Source: an uncultured virus (IMG/VR IMGVR_UViG_3300021085_000021)
Lineage: Duplodnaviria > Heunggongvirae > Uroviricota > Caudoviricetes
Reading direction: 5' to 3' (one strand)
Virus record (IMG/VR): IMGVR_UViG_3300021085_000021
DNA: 64,000 nt
The notes beneath the pieces are model-generated. The model searched no databases. It was given only the letters and a program-made list of their open reading frames with translations, and was not told the origin of the DNA. Each line of letters opens with the position of its first letter. Position 1 is the stretch's first letter. Positions 1-13,100 of the stretch are shown in pieces. The translations under genes and the position numbers were made by a program.

Positions 1-2205
<2,205 letters not shown>

Positions 2206-2241
2206 AGTTCCGTTTCACTCTCCACGGTTAATATATTAATC

Positions 2242-2249
2242 TATTTATA
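2242..2249 (-). promoter_or_regulatory. T4-type late promoter TATAAATA
   Basis: Exact consensus upstream of the collagen gene. Confidence 0.8.
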
Positions 2250-2260
2250 CGAAAAAGGTA

Positions 2261-4816
2261 TTAAGCTGTGATGCTGTGGCAAATAACTTTAAATGTCATA
2301 CTGTCAGCTGTAGCTGGAGTAGCAAGTAGTCTTACATTGCCTGAATCGATATCTGCATCAAAGACTGCTTCAGCATTAGCTGTAAAGATTGTACCATATT
2401 CTGCAATATTAGCATCGGTACCATCGTGCACCATTAATACTTCAGTAGTATGATAAGATGAATCTGTAGAATTAGTTACTTGAATAGTATATCTTGCAGA
2501 CCTAAATGAAGCCGCAGCAAAAGAATGTATTACTGCAACTGTGGTTGAACTTGTTGTTGTGCTTGTAGTATCAATTTTATAATCACCAATCTCAGCTGAG
2601 TCTGAAACATCTATACTACCAGCAGAAATAGTTCCCGACCCTAAGGTTATATTCCTAGATGTATCAATAAAGGTACTACCTGCAACTTGTATGGCTGCAG
2701 AAAAGTTAAAATTGCCAGAATTTATGTTTAGTCTTTGGTCATAGTCATCATCGGTACTATCTTTAAAATCTATATACGGATTACCTGCTGCCCTTGTTAT
2801 TTCAACTGCACCATCGCTATTAAGTACTACTTGGTTTGAACCAGATGAAAGTGTTAAAGTACCAGAAGTATTAATTTCACCACTTTGGATACTTCCAGCT
2901 GTGACCTTGCCTGAAACTCCTAAAGCATTCGTACTAGGATTATATGTTAGGTGACCATCTGATAATCTTGCTTGTGAACCAGCTCCACTACTATTTCCAC
3001 CACCATTAGTAGCAGCAAATGTAACATAGTGAGTTGCATTACTTCCTGTTGCATAAACAGGAGTATTACTTGCTGTGTTGGCATTACCAGTAAGAGTACC
3101 AATGAAATTGGTTGATGCAGAAGCACCAATTGTTGTTGGCATTCTAGCATCACCTAATCTTCCACTATCAATATTTGAAGCAGCTATGCTACCAGTAATT
3201 GTGCCTGAGAAGTTAGCGTTACCACTTGAGTTAATTGTAAATCTAGAAGCAGTGTTAGTTCCATCATAAACTGTAAATGTTCCATTATTGTTTATGATTT
3301 GATAATCTGAATTATTATCAGTATCTGTTAAGAAAATTTTAGGAGATGTATTTTCTAGTGTTAAATTACCAGTCGATTTTATTCCATTATTAAAATCAAA
3401 TCTGTCTGATGCAGATACATAAGTAATTGTAGCATCAGTATCTGAACCACAATCAATTGTAATCCCAGCACCATTCGCGGCTGACTTATCTGCAGCACCT
3501 TTAGCTAAAGTAATATTTAAATCTTCTACATCAAGTGTTGCTGTATTTAAAGTTGTGGTTGTACCATTTACTACGAGGTTACCACCAAGAGTTAAGTTAC
3601 CAGAAATATCAGCTGCACCATCAATATCAAGTGAATCTGCTTGGAGTTCACCAGTAATATCAACACCGTCTGATTTAGTTGCAAGCTTAGATGCGTTATC
3701 GTAATAAAGAGTTACTGCACCATTATTTGCACAAGTAACATATTCCTCACCACTATCATTTTGTAGTGCTAAATTATTTCCACGTACGCGTAAGTCACCT
3801 GCACCTGTATGATAAACATAGCTATGACTACCATCATGGTAAACTCTTAAATCATTACTTGAACCAAATTGTGCTTTAATGTTATCGGGTAATGTTATAC
3901 CATTAGCATCTAAATAGGATTCAACATCTGAGTCACCGTATTGAGCAACTCCAGTAATTTGTAAAGTACCTGCTGTATCATCATAGCTTAATGTGATACC
4001 AGTACCTGCTGTTAATAAAGCTCCAACTCTGTCATCGACTCTTTCGTTAGTAAAATATAAATTACTACCTTCTGATAAATCACCAGTATCAGCAGCTGCT
4101 ATTCTTGCATCTGCTCTTGCATTTGTAAAATATAAATTTGATGAACCTTCTGATAAACTGTCTGTATCATGGTTTGAAATATCTGATACTTGACCAGTAA
4201 CAATTTTTCCACTGGCCATTACTATTCCAGTTGAGCGTAATTCAGCGATTCCGCTTCCGCTTACTTGGAATTTAAGAACACCAGTACCAACTTCATTAAT
4301 GATACTGTTAGAACCATTATGGAAAATTTCTAAATCACCATCGTTACCAAACTGTGCTTTAATATTATCATTAAATAATAAGTTTGAGCCAGCAACTACT
4401 GTTGATTTATAAGCTTGAATTTGTACAAGGTCGCCACTTGCAGCTGCTGAAGTTAGAACAACACTAGTTCCATTTGTTGCTGTAAAGTCTGTTCCCCAAT
4501 CAAGTAACAAACCATTTAAGTATACTGCAACTCTTGGAGGTGAACCTTGTGTATAAGATAGAGTATTACTATTATCGTCTGAACCAGAGAAAGATGTTTG
4601 AGCTGAAGTTACTGAGTATTCATAAATTTGAAATGTATCAGCTAAATTATTAGCACCAACCTCAACGATAGATTCATTACCACCAACACTTTTCTTAAGG
4701 AATAGCTTACCATCGTAAGTATTAATGGCTAACTCACCTAAGTTTAATTGTAATGTTGTTGGTACAGCATTCTGCGATGCAGAACGTCTTAACCTAATAT
4801 CGCTTTGACGTGCCAA
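2261..4816 (-). CDS. Virion structural / fibre-like protein (851 aa, TTG start)
   Basis: N-terminal IRLRRSA..P..L.LGELAINTYDGKLF motif, Gly/Ser/Thr beta repeats, C-terminal RSARY...HDGT...EYG domain typical of T4-like marine fibre proteins; AGGAG RBS before TTG. Confidence 0.75.
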   Translation of the reverse strand: MARQSDIRLRRSASQNAVPTTLQLNLGELAINTYDGKLFLKKSVGGNESIVEVGANNLADTFQIYEYSVTSAQTSFSGSDDNSNTLSYTQGSPPRVAVYLNGLLLDWGTDFTATNGTSVVLTSAAASGDLVQIQAYKSTVVAGSNLLFNDNIKAQFGNDGDLEIFHNGSNSIINEVGTGVLKFQVSGSGIAELRSTGIVMASGKIVTGQVSDISNHDTDSLSEGSSNLYFTNARADARIAAADTGDLSEGSNLYFTNERVDDRVGALLTAGTGITLSYDDTAGTLQITGVAQYGDSDVESYLDANGITLPDNIKAQFGSSNDLRVYHDGSHSYVYHTGAGDLRVRGNNLALQNDSGEEYVTCANNGAVTLYYDNASKLATKSDGVDITGELQADSLDIDGAADISGNLTLGGNLVVNGTTTTLNTATLDVEDLNITLAKGAADKSAANGAGITIDCGSDTDATITYVSASDRFDFNNGIKSTGNLTLENTSPKIFLTDTDNNSDYQIINNNGTFTVYDGTNTASRFTINSSGNANFSGTITGSIAASNIDSGRLGDARMPTTIGASASTNFIGTLTGNANTASNTPVYATGSNATHYVTFAATNGGGNSSGAGSQARLSDGHLTYNPSTNALGVSGKVTAGSIQSGEINTSGTLTLSSGSNQVVLNSDGAVEITRAAGNPYIDFKDSTDDDYDQRLNINSGNFNFSAAIQVAGSTFIDTSRNITLGSGTISAGSIDVSDSAEIGDYKIDTTSTTTSSTTVAVIHSFAAASFRSARYTIQVTNSTDSSYHTTEVLMVHDGTDANIAEYGTIFTANAEAVFDADIDSGNVRLLATPATADSMTFKVICHSITA

Positions 4817-4897
4817 TTTTGGCTTCTCCTAATTGTTCAATCTCTATATAGAGTTTATCTAAAATTTTTCACCCTGTATATACAGGTTAATATAGTT

Positions 4898-4905
4898 TAT
4901 TTATA
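4898..4905 (-). promoter_or_regulatory. T4-type late promoter TATAAATA
   Basis: Exact consensus right after the upstream stop codon. Confidence 0.8.
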
Positions 4906-6627
4906 TTAGTAGGTTCCGCCGTCAATAGTATCAGTTACAAATGGTACACCTGCACCACTAAAGGCTATCATGTCACCATTAGTTGATGTGGAAACAGTTG
5001 CTTTAGAACTTGCTAAATAACTGATTGCAGTACCACCTGCATTTGATATAAAGACTGCATCACCTGTAAATGATGATACTCCAGTACCACCATGTGTTAC
5101 AGCTAGGTCTGTGCCTAATGTAACACTTCCAGAGACATCCAAGTCTCCGTTTAAATCTAAGTTTGCATTTACTTCGACTTCGTTTGTATTTGAGTCAAGT
5201 ATTAATTTGCCTGATGTTGTTGTAATAGTATTGTCATCAGCAATACCAACTGTGATATTACCAAGGTCAGCACCTGTACCATATACGTTTCCAAATTCAG
5301 CATCATGCCATGGTGAGGAAGCATCTTCCCCTCCACTAAAGTCTTCATCTTTAGTAAATACGAATCTTTGAGTCTCATAATCAAAACCGAAGAAACCTTC
5401 TTTTACAGCTGAACCGTCATACCATTTAAATCTAACACCACGGTCTTCACCATCATCTGATGATGTGTTATTTGCCAATACCATAACTGGGTCATTTAAT
5501 GTAACCTCAGTTGTATTAACAGAAGTAGTTGTTCCGCTAACTGTTAAGTTACCAGTAACAATAACATTACCGCTAAGAGTTGGGTTACTAACAATACCTA
5601 CTGTGATTGTATCGCCTGAGACAGATGTTTCAATCTCGTTATTTGTACCAGAAATTGTAAGAGTGTCTGTACCTAATAGAACTCCATCGTCTGTTCCACT
5701 ATCAGCTGCTAAATCAAGAGTTGTAGAAATAGTAACGTTGCTTACATCAGTTAACCTACCTTGAGCATCAACTGTAAGCTGTGGAATCTGAGTAGCACTA
5801 CCATATTGTGCTGCAGTTACTGCTGTATTGTCTAGAGTAAATGTTACATCATCTCCACTATTAGATGTGGTAATACCAGTTCCACCTAATAATTTTAATT
5901 TATCAGATGCTAATGATACTGTATTATCTGCTGCACCGTCTGATTGAATTGTTAATGATGTAGTAATAGAAGCTGTACCAGCTGCTGTTAACCTACCTTG
6001 AGCATCTACTGTAAATGTTGGGATAGCTGTTGAGCTTCCGTATGAACCTGCTGTAACATCTGTGTTATCTAATGCTACTGATAATCCATTACCTGATGCT
6101 GCAGATGTTAATCCTGTGCCACCAGTAATAGCAAGTGTTTCACTATTTGTAATTGTTCCTGTGCCACTATCGCCACTAAAATCTAAATCGTAACCAACAG
6201 CAACTTCTGAATCTACATATTCTTTTACCGCTTGTGCAGTAGGTAATTGTGCGTCAGTTGGTGAAGCTCCAATAGTCGTTTCAATACTTGTAACTACTTG
6301 TCCTGAACCACCAGAAGATTCTAATGCTAAGCTTCCAATGTTTAATTCATTAATGTGTTTATTGCTATCTACAATTAAACCTTTACTTGCAGCTAGTGTA
6401 CCAGGTGTAACATCCTTTAATAAATTTACGTAGTATAAACCACCAATTTCTACTACTGCTGATGCTACTTGATTTGATTCGGTACCTGTACCGATATATA
6501 ATCTATCACCGTTGTTTCCAACAGTTCCGGTCACCCACGAGTATGCAAGTTCACCAGTTCTTAGATTAGCCGGGGCTGTGGTGGTAGACCCCGTATTTAA
6601 AATTTTCATTCTTGTTAATTTTGCCAT
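4906..6627 (-). CDS. Fibre-like structural protein (573 aa)
   Basis: Start reassigned to MAKLTRMKIL; P..L..GELAY N-terminal motif, two YGS.T.IP..TVDAQGRLT repeats, DGGTY C-terminus. Confidence 0.7.
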   Translation of the reverse strand: MAKLTRMKILNTGSTTTAPANLRTGELAYSWVTGTVGNNGDRLYIGTGTESNQVASAVVEIGGLYYVNLLKDVTPGTLAASKGLIVDSNKHINELNIGSLALESSGGSGQVVTSIETTIGASPTDAQLPTAQAVKEYVDSEVAVGYDLDFSGDSGTGTITNSETLAITGGTGLTSAASGNGLSVALDNTDVTAGSYGSSTAIPTFTVDAQGRLTAAGTASITTSLTIQSDGAADNTVSLASDKLKLLGGTGITTSNSGDDVTFTLDNTAVTAAQYGSATQIPQLTVDAQGRLTDVSNVTISTTLDLAADSGTDDGVLLGTDTLTISGTNNEIETSVSGDTITVGIVSNPTLSGNVIVTGNLTVSGTTTSVNTTEVTLNDPVMVLANNTSSDDGEDRGVRFKWYDGSAVKEGFFGFDYETQRFVFTKDEDFSGGEDASSPWHDAEFGNVYGTGADLGNITVGIADDNTITTTSGKLILDSNTNEVEVNANLDLNGDLDVSGSVTLGTDLAVTHGGTGVSSFTGDAVFISNAGGTAISYLASSKATVSTSTNGDMIAFSGAGVPFVTDTIDGGTY

Positions 6628-6628
6628 A

Positions 6629-6847
6629 CTAGTATGTGCCTCCAATTATGTTGAGGTTGTCGTTCTGTAATTCAGTTGTAACCTCGTATTTACCACTTGT
6701 TGCGTTGTAAATCATCATTACGCCATCCGCTTGGCCTGATGTATCTACGTCTGTTAAATCTCCGAGAGTTAATTGAGCTGTTCCAATCTTTACAGTTTTT
6801 GCAACTATTTCTTTGTTGTTTCTAACTTTAGCTTTTATATTTGCCAT
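6629..6847 (-). CDS. Small structural/adaptor protein (72 aa)
   Basis: LGDLTDVD repeat and IGGTY C-terminus like its neighbour. Confidence 0.65.
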   Translation of the reverse strand: MANIKAKVRNNKEIVAKTVKIGTAQLTLGDLTDVDTSGQADGVMMIYNATSGKYEVTTELQNDNLNIIGGTY

Positions 6848-6851
6848 TAGT

Positions 6852-7187
6852 CTACCTTGTTACTCCTGGTGTTACTTCAACTTGTCCTTCAACAATTCTT
6901 ATAACTTCTTGAGTTGATGAGTTTGTGATTTCTACATCATAAACATATCTTCCCGCTTTTATTCCGTTAGTCTCAGTTGCTGTTAGAGCTATTCTTACAG
7001 TACCTTGACTAGCTGACTGGATACTTCCGGTAAAATTTATAGCTGTAGTAGATGTGTATGTTCTTCTCATCTGACCAGCAGCTGTGTAACCAGTTAAGTT
7101 TAATGCGTCTCCATCTGAATCAGTAACATCAATGTCAGCTGAAAAAGAAGCGCCTTGGTCGATTACTAAATTTGATATTATCGCCAT
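6852..7187 (-). CDS. Ig-like virion protein (BppU N-terminal-like, 111 aa)
   Basis: NLVIDQGASF...GRYVYDVE...RIVEGQVEVTPGVT pattern. Confidence 0.65.
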   Translation of the reverse strand: MAIISNLVIDQGASFSADIDVTDSDGDALNLTGYTAAGQMRRTYTSTTAINFTGSIQSASQGTVRIALTATETNGIKAGRYVYDVEITNSSTQEVIRIVEGQVEVTPGVTR

Positions 7188-7192
7188 ATCCT

Positions 7193-10100
7193 TTACCTAT
7201 TATTTATATCTTTTAGGCTTTCAATCTCAGCCCTTAATAATTTATTTTCTTCTTTTAATTCTTTAATTGCTTCAATAAACAATGCTGATAGTTGATTATA
7301 ATCAACGTGTTTATTAATTTCTTCACCATCTAAAGTTTCTACATCTTTTACTGCAGATGGTAATACTTTTTCAACATTTTGTGCAACAACACCAGCAGAT
7401 GCTTTTCCATCTTTTTTCCAATTCCAAGTTACACCGTCTAATTGTTCTACTAATTCTAATGCACCTTCAACTTTTTGTATATTATCTTTTAGTTTAACAT
7501 CAGATGATAATGATGATGAGAAAGCTGTAACGTCGCCTCTTGTTTGGAAACCACCGCCTTCAGTTAATCTTGCATCTTCGTCATTATCAACATACCATCT
7601 AATTAAATCTGGTCCAGATGTGCCATGTTGATAGTGCACATAAGTATCTCCTGCCCCATTATAGACTGAGATGTTATCGCCTTTTCTATGGTCGTTTGAT
7701 AAGCTAACTACTCCACTGCCATTAATATCGATGCCTGTTCCAGCTGAGTTTGCAGTTGCACTACCTGAGTAAGCAATCTGCATGACACCACTAGCAGGTT
7801 GAGTTAAACTAATATCGGTACCTTCTCTAACACTGAATGTAGCTGAACCTGAAGCGTTATTATTATGTAAGAGTGTTCCACTTGAATTCTGTGTTCTAAT
7901 ATTTGAGAAAGCATCTCCAATTGTAGCAGCTAATGTAATTTTATCTGTGCCGTCAGTTATTGAAATACCTGAACCAGCATTAATTGTAAATGTATCTTGT
8001 TTTGCATCAGCCGAATGTAATGTACTATTAGTTCCACCATTTTGTGATTGTACTTTAGCAAATGTATTTTGGTTTACTTCAGCTCCATCAACAACATTTG
8101 GTAATCCGATATCACTTTTAGTTAAATCTCTTGTTGTAACAGATGCATCTGTAACTGAGCCAATATTATCTGATGTTATTGTTAATGTATCAATTACTTG
8201 AGCACCGCTTGTATTAAGACTAACACTTCGTTGTGTATACGATGGGTGAGAATAATTATTCCAGTTTTGGTCGTTATTAAATTGACCTAGTTTAATTTCT
8301 CCAATACGCTTTCTTCTTTCTGAACTACTGTCTAATAAGATAAGTTCATCATTGGCTCCACTAACATCACCTGTCATATCTGTAAGTTCAGATAAGTCTA
8401 AAGTAATATTTACAGTACCTGCACTTGTAATAGTTGCTGAGCCGTCTAATCCAGTACCTGTTGTAATACCTACACTAGTTACTGTACCAGCATTACTTGT
8501 ATATCTACCATCTAGGTCTACAGTAACATTTGCTAAGCCGCCGCTTCTTCCTAATGTTAATACTCCGTTTGATGTATCAAATGTTGCACTATTTAAGAAT
8601 CTGTCTGTATTTGCAATTGTAGTATCAGTCCATGGAACATTAACGTACATTTTTTCATTAGATAATTCTACTGGATAGTTCTTTCCATTTTCAGTATATC
8701 CAACTTTAACACCACCTCTTGTTCCACTAGCAGCTAGAGGTAGTGAATAATTATTAGCACTTGATGCAATACCATCTAATTTATTTTTTAATGTGGTTGT
8801 AAAGTTTTTCTGTGTTAATCCGCCATCACCTACTGAGTAAGTTGTGTTTGTATCAGTAGAAGTAATAGTGATTGTGTTACCACTTTGACTTACTGCTGCT
8901 GCACCTGATGCGGCAATTGTAATATCTCCAGATTGGAAAGTTCCACTAGTTCCTTTTAATCTTGTAACTGTATTTGTATCTGTTGTTGAGAATCTTCCAT
9001 CTAAATCTACAGTAACATTAGCTAACCCGCCATTTCTGCTTAATGTTAATACACCATTTGATGTATTAAATGTTGCTCCTGTAACATAATAGTTATCACT
9101 AGCTATAGTACCCCAAGTCATTGTACCATCACCGTCGGATAGTAAAGCTTGGCCATTAGTACCATTTCCAGTTACATTTAGTTGTGCAGCTCCGATTGAG
9201 TTAGCTACGAGATTAAATTTTAGTTGGTCATCAGCATCAAATCTTGGTTCAATGTGTGAAGTATCAACAAAGGATAATGTGTCGCTTGAAGTAATAGGAT
9301 ATGATGTTGGTGAACTTGCACCGTCTGCTGCTGTCCATGAACTATAATTATCTCTAGTTACCCAAGAGAATGTTCCATCTCCATCAGATGCTAATACTTG
9401 GCCTGATGTTCCATTTGCACCAACTTTAAGTTCTGATGCTCCAACTGTGTTTGCATCGATAGAAGCAGATAATTCAACTGGGCCTGAACCATTGAATGAT
9501 ACATTACTTGCTGTTATATCTCCAGTGATTGAGAAGTTTCTACTTGTAGCTAATGTTGTAGCTGTCGATGCATTACCAACAACGTCACCAGTAAATCCAA
9601 CTGATGAATGTAATCTTTTATTGACTGTTAATCTTCCGTCTCCATTATCCCAAGTTAATGTTGGTTTACTTGATGAAGCACCGAATGTTAATCCAGCTCC
9701 ATCTGTTGCAGCTAATGTACTTGCATTTTTACCAACTGTAATATTTAAATCTTCAACATCGAGTGTTGCTGTATTTAAAGTTGTTGTATCGCCTGATACA
9801 ATTAAATCACCAGTAACTGTTAAGTCATTTCCAATTGTGACATCGTTTGGTAATCCTACTGTTACTGTGCCAGCACTTTCTGATACGGTTACTTCTGATG
9901 AAGTACCTTGAATAGTTAATGTTCCGCCTAATGCAACTGGACTAGTATTTGAGCCATCACTAATTGTAATTGATGAATTTGATAGTTTGTTATTTGCTAT
10001 TGAACCAGCTAACATACTATTTTCTACAACACTAGCACCAATTGTAAGATTTACATTATTTACATTTCCAAGGTTAGTCATTGTATAACTACCAGAAACA

Positions 10101-13100
10101 TCTCCTCCAGAGAATGAAATGGTTGGGTCGTTTACATTAAAGTCAAAGTTATTATTTGTATCATCAAAGGTTACATTAATACCACTTTCAGTATTACTTG
10201 CAATTAAGCTTCTAGCATTTTCATATGTTACTAATGAACTTACTTCAGCTGTTGAACCATCAGCAGCTAATCCTTTTACTTTCCATGCTTTCCTTGGGTC
10301 TGTTGAAACTTGTGAATGGTCCCAGAATAATTGTGGAGCTACACTATATCCAGAATGAACTGTTTGGTTTTTAATTTGTAAACCTTGTGATGTGCCTCCG
10401 CCATCTGTCTCTAGGAAATCAACTCCGAATGTAGATATACCTGAAGATGAACCAGCAATTGTGAGTGTACCATTTACAGTTAATGTAGCACCACTATCAA
10501 TTGTTAGTGAGCCACCACTTGGAACACTCTTATTACCAGCAATGTTTTGGTCGCCTGATGTTCTTACTACTGTTGAATCGATATCAAAATCAATTGTACC
10601 ATCGGTATCTTGATAGGTTACAACAATACCATCTTCGGTATTTCCTGCAACCATAAGTCCTATGATATCCTGGATTCTTTCTGCGTTTACTGTAACATCA
10701 CCACTTGTAACTGTAAAGTCTGTTCCGTCAAATGTGGCAATACCAGCATTTGTTTCAGATGCTAGTTCTGCTGATAATGAAAGAGTATTAGATGTAATAC
10801 TACCATTTAATCCTGCACCCATTTCAACTGCTAGTGTTTGTCCTAGTGAAACAGCATCAGATGTATTACTACCATCGTTATCTACGGAAACTGTAATTGA
10901 TGAATTAGATAATTTAGAATTTGCAATTGAGCCAGCTAATTTAGCATTAGTGATACTACCTGCTAACATTCCATTAGTGATTCCACCAGATTTTACTCTA
11001 AGTATATCTGAATTAATTTCAATAGAAGAATCGTCTACGTTTACCGCAAAGCTTCTATTAGATTCTAATGTTCCACCGCCTGATAGACCATCACCTGCTG
11101 TTAATGTTAAAGCATTTAAAGCATCTAATTCGTTATTTAGATTTACTAATGTTCCTGCAATTGTGGTTGAGCCGAATGTAATAGTACCAGAGTTATAAGA
11201 TTCATCATCACCAATTTCTGCTTCGATTAATCCGATAGCTGATGTGACTGAACCTGCACCGTCTGTAATATCTCCAGTAAATACTGCTGAACCAACTTCT
11301 GATTGTAATTCATTAATAGCTAATCTTACTGTTTGAGCTGTTGTTGTTAGTGAACCAATATCTAATGTTCCAGCAATTACAGTATTACCTGTGCCAGAAG
11401 CGACTGTGAATTTATTAGTATTAATATCAAAGTCACCATCAATTCCTGTGGCTCCACTTACATCTAATGTACTTCGTAATGTAGCACCATTTAATACATC
11501 GATTGTAGAATCTATATCTACTGCACCATCAACATTTAATGTACCAGCAATTAATGTATCACCAGTTCCATTAGCTACAGTAAATTTATTTGTATCTACT
11601 GTAAAGCCACCATTTAACTGTGCTCCGTTAGTTACTGTTAGACTGTGTAATGTAGATAAAGCTCCAACATCTAATGTTGAATCTATAACTGCTGTTCCAT
11701 CTACATTTAAATTACTATCAACATCTAAATCATTTATGACGTTTACATTATTAGCAAATGTTGCATTAGCACCATTACCTGTAAGCATTGTAGTAGAACC
11801 AGATTTAATAAGTAAATTATCCGATGAATTTGTTAATGAACCATAAGTTGTTCCATTATCTTTTAATAATACATCAGCATCATCAGCATCTAATATAATA
11901 TCGCCAGATGAGTTAATTGTAAATACACCAGATGTAATATTAAATGCATTTGAACCAGCACTAATCTCATTTTGTGAAGCATCGAAGACTGCTTCGATTT
12001 CATTTAGTGCTCCAACGATTGTACCAGCTGTTGGTGTTAAAGAGTCAACGTTTCCAATATCTCCTTGAATTTCTAAGATACCAGCTGATGCATCACTGGC
12101 TGAATAACCAGTTGCATTATTAATAGTTGTGACATCACCAAGTTCTGTTCTTAATTCTCTTGCCGCGGCCGATAAATTAGTAGCAGTCAATCCTGTGAGT
12201 GACATGTTACCAATATCGCTTTCGTGTTCGTTAATTGCTAATGTTAAATCACCAGCTGATGTTGTTAGATTTTCTACTGTACCTATATCATCTTGTAATT
12301 CATTGATTGCTGATAAGGCTGTAGTTGTAATAACATTTACTGCATGGCCATTTGTTGATTCGTTATTGAATTCAATCATGTGTGCGACTGAATCGTCTTT
12401 AACTGAGATAGAAGTTAAGTCAGCATTTCCTACTGAAGCAGTTGCTAAATCATATCCTAAAATTCTTAAATCAGAGCCAGCATTGAATGTTCCTACTGAA
12501 GTTTTTACTAGAATATTACTTGTATTTGCGTGTAATACTACTCCGTACCAAGAAGCATTTGCTTCTACAGTTGCTTGTGTTGTTCTGTTTGAGCTGTCTT
12601 GATAAACGATTGTACCTTCAGTTAATTTATTTACTGATGGAGTATTAGCTAAAGTAATGTCAGCTTTTAATGGAGCAATATGGAATCCACCTTCAGATAA
12701 ACCATGTGGAACTACTCCGCCATTTCTTGTAACTCTTACTTTACCTACTTTAAAACTTTCTGAAATAATTCTATCTACGCTGCCAGCAGCAATAGTATCT
12801 GAACCAACTGTAATTCCTTGAGCTGTATTAAAGTCGCCACTTGAATTTTTTACTAAGATTTTAGTTTTACTATCGTTAGTAACTACTGATTCGATTGTAG
12901 CACTATATCCACCGCTCTGTGTAACTGTTGCATTATTTACAAAGGAGGTTGGAATAGAAGTACTATGAGCTAATATAATATAACCACCAGTATTGTCTAG
13001 TGTTTGGTCTGGCAGTGTTTGAATTTCTAAACTATTACCAGAAAAACGAACCTGGTTCGCAGAGGCTGTATATTCAAAGACTCTATCGCCAAGTCTTGCA

